Shown in pieces: positions 19,524 to 28,201 of a DNA stretch of 64,000 nucleotides. The DNA is taken from the NCBI GenBank assembly GCA_964544545.1, contig CAZJCG010000001.1:38073-102072 (forward strand), in the 5' to 3' direction. Each line of letters begins with the position of its first letter. Within the stretch, counting starts at the first letter, position 1. Under the pieces are notes generated by a model. That model was not told where the DNA came from. It did no database searches and saw only the letters and a list, made by a program, of their open reading frames with translations. Both the position numbers and the translations under genes were made by a program. This DNA comes from an uncultured Lentimicrobiaceae bacterium (GTDB lineage: Bacteria > Bacteroidota > Bacteroidia > Bacteroidales > UBA4417).

Positions 19524-20672
19524 ATGAAAGTAAATAACCATGCTTACCGAACGATATGGATGGAAGGCTCATCGGTCTTTATGATCGATCAGAATGTCCT
19601 GCCGTTCGGGTTCCGTATTTATGAAGCGAAAACCTGCAGTGATACCTGTGTGGCGATCAGGACGATGATCACAAGAGGTGCGGGGGCAATCGGTGCTGCT
19701 GCAGGATTTGCGATGGCCCAGGCCTGCCTGGAAGCAAACCTTGCTGTAAAGGGGACGGTTGAGAGTAGTAGCCTTACCGGACAAAAGAGTAATATACCAT
19801 CGGAAAAACGAAATCCTGAGTCTGGTAACGCTCCCGACAATCAGTATAGCCGATTCATTCAGAATGCCCGTGAAGAGATTGAGGCTACCCGCCCGACTGC
19901 AAGAAATCTCTTTTATGCCGTAGAAAAAGTATTTGAAGCAGGCATGCAATCAGCCTCAGCCGCGGTTACCGAAGCACAGCTGCTCGCAGAAGAGAACCTC
20001 GCTGACGCAATGAAAATTGCAGAAGCCGGTAATGCCATTATCAGGGATGGATTCAGGATACTTACTCACTGCAATGCCGGCTGGCTGGGATTTGTAGACT
20101 GGGGAAGTGCCTTAGCGCCGATATACCGGGCCCACCGGGAAGGCAAGGACATCTTTGTGTACGCCGATGAAACAAGACCCCGGGGACAGGGAGCCCGGCT
20201 GACAGCCTGGGAACTGGAAAATGAGGGAGTACCTCATACCATCGTTCCGGATAATGCCGGAGCTTATCTTATGTCGAAAGGATTGATTGATATGGTGATC
20301 GTCGGGGCCGACCGGATCGCAGCCAACGGCGATACAGCCAACAAGATAGGGACTTTTGAAAAAGCAATTATAGCCAAAGAATTCGGGATTCCTTTTTACG
20401 TTGCGGCGCCTTTGTCGACATTCGACTTCACGATTTCAAACGGCAGTATGATACCGATTGAAGAGCGAAGTCCTGATGAACTTCTGTACCAGTCGGGGCC
20501 GGATGAAACCGGTCATATTCGTCGTATCCGGGTTGCATCGCCGGGCTCCGGTGCGATCAATCCTGCCTTCGACGTCACTCCGGTGAGTTATATCAAAGCA
20601 TTCATCACCGAAAAAGGAATTATCGGTACATCCCGGGAGGCCCTTTCTTCCGTGGCAACCAGCCATTATTAG
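19524..20672 (+). CDS. mtnA: S-methyl-5-thioribose-1-phosphate isomerase / eIF-2B-related isomerase
   Basis: Alignable by eye to MtnA: RGAGAIGAAAGF, TRPTARNL, HCNAG, ETRP..QGARLTAWEL, GADRIAANGDTANKIGT, FYVAAPLSTFD, NPAFDVTP. Contains a low-complexity insertion of about 30 aa. Confidence 0.8.
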   Translation: MKVNNHAYRTIWMEGSSVFMIDQNVLPFGFRIYEAKTCSDTCVAIRTMITRGAGAIGAAAGFAMAQACLEANLAVKGTVESSSLTGQKSNIPSEKRNPESGNAPDNQYSRFIQNAREEIEATRPTARNLFYAVEKVFEAGMQSASAAVTEAQLLAEENLADAMKIAEAGNAIIRDGFRILTHCNAGWLGFVDWGSALAPIYRAHREGKDIFVYADETRPRGQGARLTAWELENEGVPHTIVPDNAGAYLMSKGLIDMVIVGADRIAANGDTANKIGTFEKAIIAKEFGIPFYVAAPLSTFDFTISNGSMIPIEERSPDELLYQSGPDETGHIRRIRVASPGSGAINPAFDVTPVSYIKAFITEKGIIGTSREALSSVATSHY

Positions 20673-20716
20673 TGTTAATCATTTGTTATTAAAAACCTGA
20701 TTTAGCTCATAGTGTG

Positions 20717-20724
20717 TACTTTTG
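20717..20724 (+). promoter_or_regulatory. candidate -7 promoter element for the RND efflux operon
   Basis: tacttttg matches TAnnTTTG 22 nt upstream of the ATG at 20746. The nearest upstream TTTG (20682-20685) is farther away than the canonical spacing. Confidence 0.3.
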
Positions 20725-20745
20725 TTCCCCATTGAATCCAGCTCT

Positions 20746-21834
20746 ATGAAGTATACTGCTCATATCCTTGCATTCACTCTTACTGCAGCTCTCCTTTACC
20801 TGCTGCCGGGCTGTTCATCACGTCAGGACGGAAAAAAGGAAGGGGGAAAAAGAGGGGATCAAAAACCGGTTGTAGCGGATGCGATCGTCATCGCTCCCGG
20901 TAAACTCGACAATATCATTGAAACCAATGGCACCTTGCGGCCTGGCGAAGAAGTGGAACTGCGCAGCGAAGTTCCCGGACGCATTGTCAGCATTAACTTC
21001 AGGGAAGGCTCTCATGTAAACAGGGGCGACCTGCTGGTCAAGATTGATGACCGTGAACTGCAGGCGCAGCTCAAAAAGCTGCAGCTTGATGAAAAGCTGG
21101 CAGCCGACGATGTAAGCAGGAAAGAAAAGTTGCTGGCTATCAATGCCGTCAGCCGGGAAGAATATGATAAGGCTGTTAACCAGCTGGAGATCATCAGGGC
21201 GAACATGGACCTCAGCAAGACCCAGATCACAAAAACGGAGATCAGGGCTCCTTTCAGCGGGATTGTTGGCCTGCGCCAGGTAAGCGAAGGCGGCTATGTT
21301 TCTTCCTCAACGCTGGTTTCAAAACTGCAACAGGTCGATCCCATGAAACTTGACTTCTCCGTACCCGAAAAGTACCGTAACATGCTGAAATCGGGCACCC
21401 TGGTCAATTTCACCGTCGAAGGTTCCGAGAAAACCTTCTCAGCCAGGGTTTATGCCATAGAGCCATCGGTAGATCCGACCACGCATACTATCCTGCTTCG
21501 GGCTCTCTGTTCAAACCCCGGGAATACGCTAATGCCCGGCGCATTTGCCCGAATCCGGATACTTCTGGAAACCATAAACCAGGCTATCACCGTGCCGTCA
21601 GAAGCTGTTATACCTGTTATCGACGGCCAGAAAGTCATGATCTGCCGCAACGGGAAAGTGGCTTCGCAAAAAGTAGTGACAGGCATCCGGAACGAACAGA
21701 TGATACAGATCATCAACGGTCTGCAGGAAGGTGATACTGTCTTCGTGAGCGGACTGTTGGTGATGAAAGATGAAATGAAAGCGAACCCGAAAGTCATAAC
21801 CTATTCGTTTACCGGTACCGGCGGGGCTCAGTAA
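20746..21834 (+). CDS. efflux RND transporter periplasmic adaptor subunit (lipoprotein)
   Basis: ATG at 20746 gives MKYTAHILAFTLTAALLYLLPGCSS (lipobox). Coiled-coil hairpin segment and beta-barrel segments typical of HlyD/MFP adaptors. Located upstream of the RND pump. Confidence 0.85.
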   Translation: MKYTAHILAFTLTAALLYLLPGCSSRQDGKKEGGKRGDQKPVVADAIVIAPGKLDNIIETNGTLRPGEEVELRSEVPGRIVSINFREGSHVNRGDLLVKIDDRELQAQLKKLQLDEKLAADDVSRKEKLLAINAVSREEYDKAVNQLEIIRANMDLSKTQITKTEIRAPFSGIVGLRQVSEGGYVSSSTLVSKLQQVDPMKLDFSVPEKYRNMLKSGTLVNFTVEGSEKTFSARVYAIEPSVDPTTHTILLRALCSNPGNTLMPGAFARIRILLETINQAITVPSEAVIPVIDGQKVMICRNGKVASQKVVTGIRNEQMIQIINGLQEGDTVFVSGLLVMKDEMKANPKVITYSFTGTGGAQ

Positions 21835-21855
21835 CCAGAAGATGCCATCAGAATC

Positions 21856-22047
21856 ATGAACATTAATTCCATGAAGCCGGTTCGAGTCCTCGGTTACCTT
21901 TTCGGTATCACCGGATTGATATTGCTGATCAGTAATGCTGTGACCTATTGGGGGAATCAGAAGTATGAAAAGATCTCCATCGTTGCCGGACTGCTTTTCT
22001 GTATGATCGGAGCGGCCCTGATCAGGAAAAGAAAGAAATCCGCTTAA
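21856..22047 (+). CDS. small two-TM membrane protein encoded inside the RND operon
   Basis: ATG start, 63 aa. Two hydrophobic helices (VLGYLFGITGLILLISNAV, IVAGLLFCMIGAALI) and a basic tail RKRKKSA. Fills the adaptor-pump intergenic gap on the same strand. Confidence 0.45.
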   Translation: MNINSMKPVRVLGYLFGITGLILLISNAVTYWGNQKYEKISIVAGLLFCMIGAALIRKRKKSA

Positions 22048-22093
22048 TCCCCGCCGCGATCCATCCAACCCTTTCAATTGTCGATCTTACTAA

Positions 22094-25000
22094 ATGAATA
22101 TATCCTCACTAAGCATAAACAGACCAGTTCTGGCAACCGTCATCTCGCTGCTCATCGTTCTTTTGGGCGGGATAGGTTTCCTGTTCCTCGGAGTGCGCGA
22201 ATACCCGAGTGTAGATCCTCCTGTGGTGTCGGTCAGCACCACCTACACAGGTGCCAATGCGGATGTGATCGAATCTCAGATCACCGAACCGCTGGAAGAA
22301 TCAATTAACGGGATCTCCGGTATCCGCTCGCTCACCTCTTCGAGCAGCGACGGCCGCAGCAATATTACTGTTGAGTTTGAACTTGGCGTCGATATGGAAG
22401 CAGCCGCCAACGACGTCCGCGACCGGGTTTCGCGTGTCACGCGCAGCCTTCCTGCCGATGTTATCCCTCCTGTGGTTTCAAAATCAGATGCCGATGCAAA
22501 CCCGATCCTGATCTATACGATTCAGAGTGACTCCCGCGATTTGATGAACCTGTCGGAAGTCGCCAATAATATGTTCAAGGAACGGTTGCAGACCGTTACC
22601 GGCGTTAGTGAGATCAGGATTTACGGTGAAAAGAAGTATGCTATCAAGATCCTGCTTGATCCTGCCAAACTGGCGGCATATAAACTGGCGCCATCCGACA
22701 TCCGGAACGCTGTAACCCGGGAGAACGTAGAACTACCCACCGGTCGCATTGAAGGATACAATACGGAACTGACTATACGGACTCAGGGCAGGCTCACCAC
22801 ACCGGAACAATTCAACAACCTGATCATCAAGGAAGAGAATGGCTCTGTGATCCGCCTGAGCGAGATCGGGGAAGCCAAATTGCTTCCCGAAAATGAGCGC
22901 ACCGTGATGCGTGGCAACAAAGGCCTTCCGATGGTAGCCGTGGCTATCACACCGCAGCCGGGAGCTAACCAGATCGAAATAGCCGATGATGTCTATAAAA
23001 AGATGGAGCAGATCCAAATTGACCTGCCTTCCGATATCAAGGTCGGCCTCATGATGGATACCACGCAGACCATCCGGAAAGCCATCACCGAAGTGGAAGA
23101 GACCATTCTGTTTGCCTTCCTGCTGGTATTGCTTGTTATCTTCCTGTTCCTGCGAAGCTGGCGTACTACCCTCATTCCCATTATTGCCATTCCTATTTCG
23201 CTGGTGAGCGGCTTCTTCATCATGTACATCGCCGGCTTTTCGATCAATATCCTAACCCTGCTGGCCATTGTGCTGGCAACCGGACTGGTGGTGGATGATG
23301 CCATCGTGGTGATGGAAAACATCTGGCACAAGATCGAACGGGGCATGAATCCCATTGAGGCGGGCCATAAGGGATCGAAAGAGATCATCTTTGCTATCTT
23401 ATCAACCACCATCACGCTGGCAGCAGTATTCCTTCCGATCATATTTCTACAGGGCCTAACCGGCAGGCTTTTCAGGGAATTCGCCGTAGTAGTGGCCGGG
23501 ACAGTGATTGTCTCCGCTTTGGTTTCGCTGACGCTCACACCAATGATGAGCTCCCACCTGCTAAGGAAAGTTGAAAAGCACAATAAGCTTTTCCGGATGA
23601 GCGAGCGGTTCCTGGATAATCTGACTGACAACTACAATCGTTCACTTACCCGTTTCATCTCTCACCGGTGGTGGGCTTTCGTGATCGTTGCCGTGTCGCT
23701 GGGAATGATCCTGTTCTTCGGAATGAAGATACCGTCGGAACTTGCACCCATGGAAGATAAAAGCCGGCTCTCCATCCAGGCAACTGCACCCGAGGGGACT
23801 TCCTTCGAAAAGATGGATGAATATATGCGCCAGATGATCGCCGTGGTAGATACCATACCGGAAAAGGTCGCCATGAACGCGCTCACCTCTCCCGGTTGGG
23901 GATCAGCGACCAACAGCGGATTTATCCGCCTGTCGCTCACGCCTCCATCTGAACGCCAACGCAGCCAGCAGGATATTGCCGATGAACTTACCGCTGTTTC
24001 ACGGAAATTCAATTTTGCCAAAGCATTCGTCGTTCAGGAACAAACCATCGGCGGAGGACGTGGCGGGGGGATGCCGGTTCAGTTTGTTATCCAGGCGCCG
24101 GACTTTGAGAAACTGAAGAAGGTAGTGCCTGCCTTCATGGAAAAAGCCCAGGCAAGCCCGGTATTTCAAAATGTGGACCTGAACCTGAAATTCAATAAAC
24201 CTGAGCTATCGGTTTCGATCGACCGGGAACGTGCCAGGGCTCTCGGAGTAAATGTCAGGGACATTGCAGAAACCCTTCAGTTGCTGATGAGCGGTCAGCG
24301 TTACGACTACTTCATCATGAACTCCAAGCAATACCAGATCATCGGGCAGGCAAACAGGGCCAACCGCGATCAGCCACTCGACCTGAGTTCGATCTTCGTG
24401 AGAAATAATGCAGGTGAGCTCATCCAGCTGGATAATCTTATCCATACCAGCGAACAAAGCAATCCTCCGCAATTATACCGCTATAACCGTTATGTTTCGG
24501 CTACGGTATCGGCCCAGCCAAACAAGGGCTTAACCCTTGGGCAGGGCATCGATGAAATGAAACGGATTGCCTCCGAAACACTGGATCCAACCTTCTCCAC
24601 CGACCTGGCAGGCGCATCCAAGGAATATGCCGACAGCACCGGAAACATAGCATTTGCCATGGTACTGGCCCTCATCCTGATCTACCTGATCCTGGCCGCC
24701 CAGTTCGAAAGCTACCGCGATCCGCTGACCATCATGTTCACTGTCCCGCTGGCGCTGGCCGGAGCCTTGCTGTCGCTTACCCTCTTCGGCCAGACCCTGA
24801 ATATCTTCAGCGAGATCGGCGTTATCGTATTGATCGGTATCGTGACCAAAAACGGTATCCTGATCGTTGAATTTGCCAACCAGCGGAAACTGGCCGGATT
24901 ACCGCTCAGGCAAGCTGTTATAGATGCAGCTACCCGGCGTCTGAGGCCCATCCTGATGACCAGTCTGGCGACGGCATTGGGAGCATTGCCCATTGCACTG

Positions 25001-25168
25001 GCGCTGGGAGCATCTTCCCAAAGCCGCATCCCCATGGGGATAACCATTATCGGCGGACTTATCTTTTCCCTTATCCTGACGCTCTACGTGATTCCCGCAT
25101 TGTACACCTTCCTCTCCCGCAACCTCAAAGCAACTGAAATCAAAACTGTCACGGAGTATGAAAACTAG
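22094..25168 (+). CDS. efflux RND transporter permease (AcrB/HAE1-like)
   Basis: 1024 aa. N-terminal SINRPVLATVISLLIVLLG. Twelve-TM, two-large-loop architecture. Conserved VVDDAIVVMENI segment. Confidence 0.9.
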   Translation: MNISSLSINRPVLATVISLLIVLLGGIGFLFLGVREYPSVDPPVVSVSTTYTGANADVIESQITEPLEESINGISGIRSLTSSSSDGRSNITVEFELGVDMEAAANDVRDRVSRVTRSLPADVIPPVVSKSDADANPILIYTIQSDSRDLMNLSEVANNMFKERLQTVTGVSEIRIYGEKKYAIKILLDPAKLAAYKLAPSDIRNAVTRENVELPTGRIEGYNTELTIRTQGRLTTPEQFNNLIIKEENGSVIRLSEIGEAKLLPENERTVMRGNKGLPMVAVAITPQPGANQIEIADDVYKKMEQIQIDLPSDIKVGLMMDTTQTIRKAITEVEETILFAFLLVLLVIFLFLRSWRTTLIPIIAIPISLVSGFFIMYIAGFSINILTLLAIVLATGLVVDDAIVVMENIWHKIERGMNPIEAGHKGSKEIIFAILSTTITLAAVFLPIIFLQGLTGRLFREFAVVVAGTVIVSALVSLTLTPMMSSHLLRKVEKHNKLFRMSERFLDNLTDNYNRSLTRFISHRWWAFVIVAVSLGMILFFGMKIPSELAPMEDKSRLSIQATAPEGTSFEKMDEYMRQMIAVVDTIPEKVAMNALTSPGWGSATNSGFIRLSLTPPSERQRSQQDIADELTAVSRKFNFAKAFVVQEQTIGGGRGGGMPVQFVIQAPDFEKLKKVVPAFMEKAQASPVFQNVDLNLKFNKPELSVSIDRERARALGVNVRDIAETLQLLMSGQRYDYFIMNSKQYQIIGQANRANRDQPLDLSSIFVRNNAGELIQLDNLIHTSEQSNPPQLYRYNRYVSATVSAQPNKGLTLGQGIDEMKRIASETLDPTFSTDLAGASKEYADSTGNIAFAMVLALILIYLILAAQFESYRDPLTIMFTVPLALAGALLSLTLFGQTLNIFSEIGVIVLIGIVTKNGILIVEFANQRKLAGLPLRQAVIDAATRRLRPILMTSLATALGALPIALALGASSQSRIPMGITIIGGLIFSLILTLYVIPALYTFLSRNLKATEIKTVTEYEN

Positions 25169-26462
25169 GTTGATCATCGTGCTCGCCTTTCTCGCAGGCA
25201 GTGCTGCCGCCCAGGAGATACTTACCCTTCCGGCGGCAGTAGAATGGAGCCTGAAAAATAACTTTTCCATCATCCTGCAAAGCAATGCAGCTGCCATAGC
25301 CAAAAACAACAACACTGCCGGGAATGCCGGCATGCTTCCCTCTCTTGGCTGGACGGGAACTCAGAATAACACAGTTTACACAACCCATCAACGTGCTTTC
25401 TCCGGAACGGAAAAGAATGTGACCAATGCACTGAACACCTCCGTTAACACGGGATTACAACTTAACTGGACCCTCTTTGACGGCATGAACATGTTCGCCG
25501 GCAAACAGATGCTGGGATCGTTGCAGGAACTGGGTGAGAACACATCCCGTGCTGTGCTGGAAAACACCGTTGCCGATGTTGCACTCGCATACTACAATAT
25601 CGTTCAGCTTAAACAGGTGGTTAAAGTGAACGAAGAAGCTGTGCGGCTGTCGCATGAAAGGCTGAAAATAGCCGAGGCCCGTTTCTCACTGGGATCCGGA
25701 TCGCAACTGGCCGTTCTTCAATCCACTGTCGACCTGAATACCGACAGTACCAGCCTGCTGAACCAGCTTACATTGCTCGACAATGCCAGGGCTGACATGA
25801 ATTTTCTCCTTGCCCGGGATGCCAATACGCCTTTCGACATCTATGATTCTATACAGCTCATTACCATCGGAAGCTACGAAGATCTGGCGGGAAAGGCTAT
25901 GCAACAGAATACCGAACTGCTCGCAGCCCGGATGGATGAGCGGATCGCGGAACTTGACCTCCGGATCGCACAATCAGCACGCTATCCGAAAGTTGCTTTC
26001 CAATCGGGATATAATTTCATCCGGCAGAAATCGCAGACCGGCTTCGCCGAATACAATCAAAGCTACGGGCCCTACTTCGGATTAACTGCTTCATATACGC
26101 TTTTCAACGGATTCAATACAAGCAGGAACATCCGGAACGCCCGGGTCATGCTAAATTCCGGAGAGGTCACAGTCCAGCAAACCGGCTTCGATATCCGTAC
26201 CCGGATCCTTAAACTATACAATTCATACAAGACGGCACTGGGAATTGCGGGTCTACAGCAGGCGAATGTGGCAGTAGCCCGGACGAATGAATATGTGGCA
26301 TTTGAAAAGTATATGCTGGGGAGCCTGTCAGATATTGAGTTGCGGGAAGCCCAGAAAAAACTAATCGATTCGCAGTACCAATTGCTGGAAGCCCAGTTTC
26401 AGGCCAAGCAGGCCGAAATCGAGATCATGAGGCTTAGCGGGGATCTGATGGGATTGTTCTGA
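25158..26462 (+). CDS. TolC-family outer membrane efflux protein
   Basis: Signal peptide and duplicated coiled-coil/beta repeat organisation. Overlaps the 3' end of the RND pump gene by 11 nt. Confidence 0.85.
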   Translation: MKTRLIIVLAFLAGSAAAQEILTLPAAVEWSLKNNFSIILQSNAAAIAKNNNTAGNAGMLPSLGWTGTQNNTVYTTHQRAFSGTEKNVTNALNTSVNTGLQLNWTLFDGMNMFAGKQMLGSLQELGENTSRAVLENTVADVALAYYNIVQLKQVVKVNEEAVRLSHERLKIAEARFSLGSGSQLAVLQSTVDLNTDSTSLLNQLTLLDNARADMNFLLARDANTPFDIYDSIQLITIGSYEDLAGKAMQQNTELLAARMDERIAELDLRIAQSARYPKVAFQSGYNFIRQKSQTGFAEYNQSYGPYFGLTASYTLFNGFNTSRNIRNARVMLNSGEVTVQQTGFDIRTRILKLYNSYKTALGIAGLQQANVAVARTNEYVAFEKYMLGSLSDIELREAQKKLIDSQYQLLEAQFQAKQAEIEIMRLSGDLMGLF

Positions 26463-26695
26463 GTAAAAACCTGAGAACATTTCGGATGCTATGCCATGTT
26501 CAGGCCCATGAGCATCCGGATCAGCCTGGATAGTATGAAAAATGTCCGGCTATAGGTCTTGAATTCTGCTCCATTAAAGATGCTTCCGGTATGAATTGAG
26601 GAACAGCCTGGAAGGCCTGTTTAGCTGAAGAAGAATCTGGCAGTCATAAAATCCGTATTTTTATATTCAGTTTTACTATTCAATTTTCGTTTATC

Positions 26696-27337
26696 ATGAT
26701 TTTACTTGAGCCTGGTAAGTTTTACCACATTTACAACAGGGGTATTAATGGCTGCAAACTGTTTTATACGACAGAAAACCATCGACATTTTCTCCGTTTG
26801 TACCAGAGGTACATTGATCCCATAGCCGAGACATTCGCCTGGGTCCTGTTAAAGAATCATTTTCATCTGCTGGTTAGAATCAGGATAGAAAGTGAAATTG
26901 ACCTAAACTCGATTCCATTGCCCAAGTATAAAGATTTGGAGAATTATCAGGTGAAACTGCGTCAGCCGCATCTATATTTCTCTGACTTATTCAATGCTTA
27001 TTCCAAAGCTATCAACAAACAGCAGAACCGGACCGGGTCGCTTTTTGAACGGCCATTCCGGAGGATACAGGTTGATCGACCAGATTACTTCAGGAATGTC
27101 ATCATATACATCCACAGGAATCCGGAACATCATGGATTTACTGACAATTTCAGGGATTATCCCTGGTCGTCCTATGGAACAATCCTTAGCATTCAGCCCA
27201 CATCACTAAACCGGTCGAAGGTTATCGGGTGGTTTAATGATGTTGCCGAGTTTAAAAGTGAGCATGAAAAAATCCAGGCTGCTGACATATACGGCAGCTA
27301 TTTCATTGAATCAGATGACGGCAAGTACATTCTCTAA
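26696..27337 (+). CDS. RAYT-like / IS200-like Y1 (HUH) transposase family protein
   Basis: HUH motif in NHFHLLVRI and a catalytic-Tyr region IIYIHRNPEHHG. The 213-aa size fits REP-associated tyrosine transposase-like proteins (COG1943 type). Confidence 0.75.
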   Translation: MILLEPGKFYHIYNRGINGCKLFYTTENHRHFLRLYQRYIDPIAETFAWVLLKNHFHLLVRIRIESEIDLNSIPLPKYKDLENYQVKLRQPHLYFSDLFNAYSKAINKQQNRTGSLFERPFRRIQVDRPDYFRNVIIYIHRNPEHHGFTDNFRDYPWSSYGTILSIQPTSLNRSKVIGWFNDVAEFKSEHEKIQAADIYGSYFIESDDGKYIL

Positions 27338-27343
27338 TGAGTA

Positions 27344-27380
27344 TTCAACCTGACAGGTTTTATAAACCCGTCAGGTTGAA
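27344..27380. repeat. near-perfect 37-nt palindrome just 3' of the RAYT-like gene (REP-like hairpin and/or terminator)
   Basis: ttcaacctgacaggttt (27344-27360), loop tat, aaacccgtcaggttgaa (27364-27380). This is a 17-bp stem with one mismatch, starting 6 nt after the stop codon. Confidence 0.55.
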
Positions 27381-27467
27381 ATTACCCCCGAACCTGGCAG
27401 AAGACCATTTACATTTCATCAGGAACACTTAAATGCCCTATCTTCGGACAAAAAACAGATCCGCTTT

Positions 27468-28151
27468 ATGGCTTCTACCAAAAGAACCGTGAATTCCCGC
27501 ACCGTTAAAGAAAAATCCCCCACAGTTAAATCATCCTCCGACAGGTCGCCTCAGACTTCCGCCAAACCAGGCCCCGGACGTCCGGATACCTGTCCCTGGC
27601 CTTCCAACGATTCCCTCATGACCGAATACCATGATACCGAATGGGGAGTGCCGCTGCACGACGACCGCAAATTGTTCGAGTTCATGGTACTGGATGCATT
27701 CCAGGCCGGATTGAGCTGGCGGACGATCCTGCATAAGCGCGAGAACTTCCGGAAAGCCTTTGATAACTTTGAACCGGAAGTCATAGCCAACTACTCCGAA
27801 GGGAAAATCCAGCTTCTGCTCCAGGATGCCGGCATCATCCGCAACAAAGCCAAAGTAAGGGGAACTGTCGACAATGCCAGAGCGTTTCTGAAGATCCGGG
27901 AAGAGTATGGATCATTCGACCGTTATATCTGGCAGTTCACCGGCGGTAAAACCCTTGACAACAAACCGGTTGCTCTGTCGCAAATACCTGTATCCTCCCG
28001 CGAGTCCGACGCCATGAGCGCCGATCTGAAAAAACGGGGCTTTAAATTTGTCGGAACAACCATCTGTTACGCCTTCATGCAGGCTGCCGGAATGGTGAAT
28101 GACCACCTGGTGAATTGCTTCTGCCGCGATGATCACACCATCAAGAGATGA
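27468..28151 (+). CDS. tag: DNA-3-methyladenine glycosylase I with an N-terminal basic low-complexity extension
   Basis: Alignable by eye to E. coli Tag: YHDTEWGVP, FEFMVLDAFQAGLSW, ILHKRENFR, DAGIIRN..K, KKRGFKFVGTTICYAFMQA.GMVNDH. Preceded by about 45 S/T/K/P-rich residues. Confidence 0.9.
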   Translation: MASTKRTVNSRTVKEKSPTVKSSSDRSPQTSAKPGPGRPDTCPWPSNDSLMTEYHDTEWGVPLHDDRKLFEFMVLDAFQAGLSWRTILHKRENFRKAFDNFEPEVIANYSEGKIQLLLQDAGIIRNKAKVRGTVDNARAFLKIREEYGSFDRYIWQFTGGKTLDNKPVALSQIPVSSRESDAMSADLKKRGFKFVGTTICYAFMQAAGMVNDHLVNCFCRDDHTIKR

Positions 28152-28201
28152 CCATAGAACACCTTAGCATTGGATGCCGGATTACATACTCCTGCACTGC
28201 A

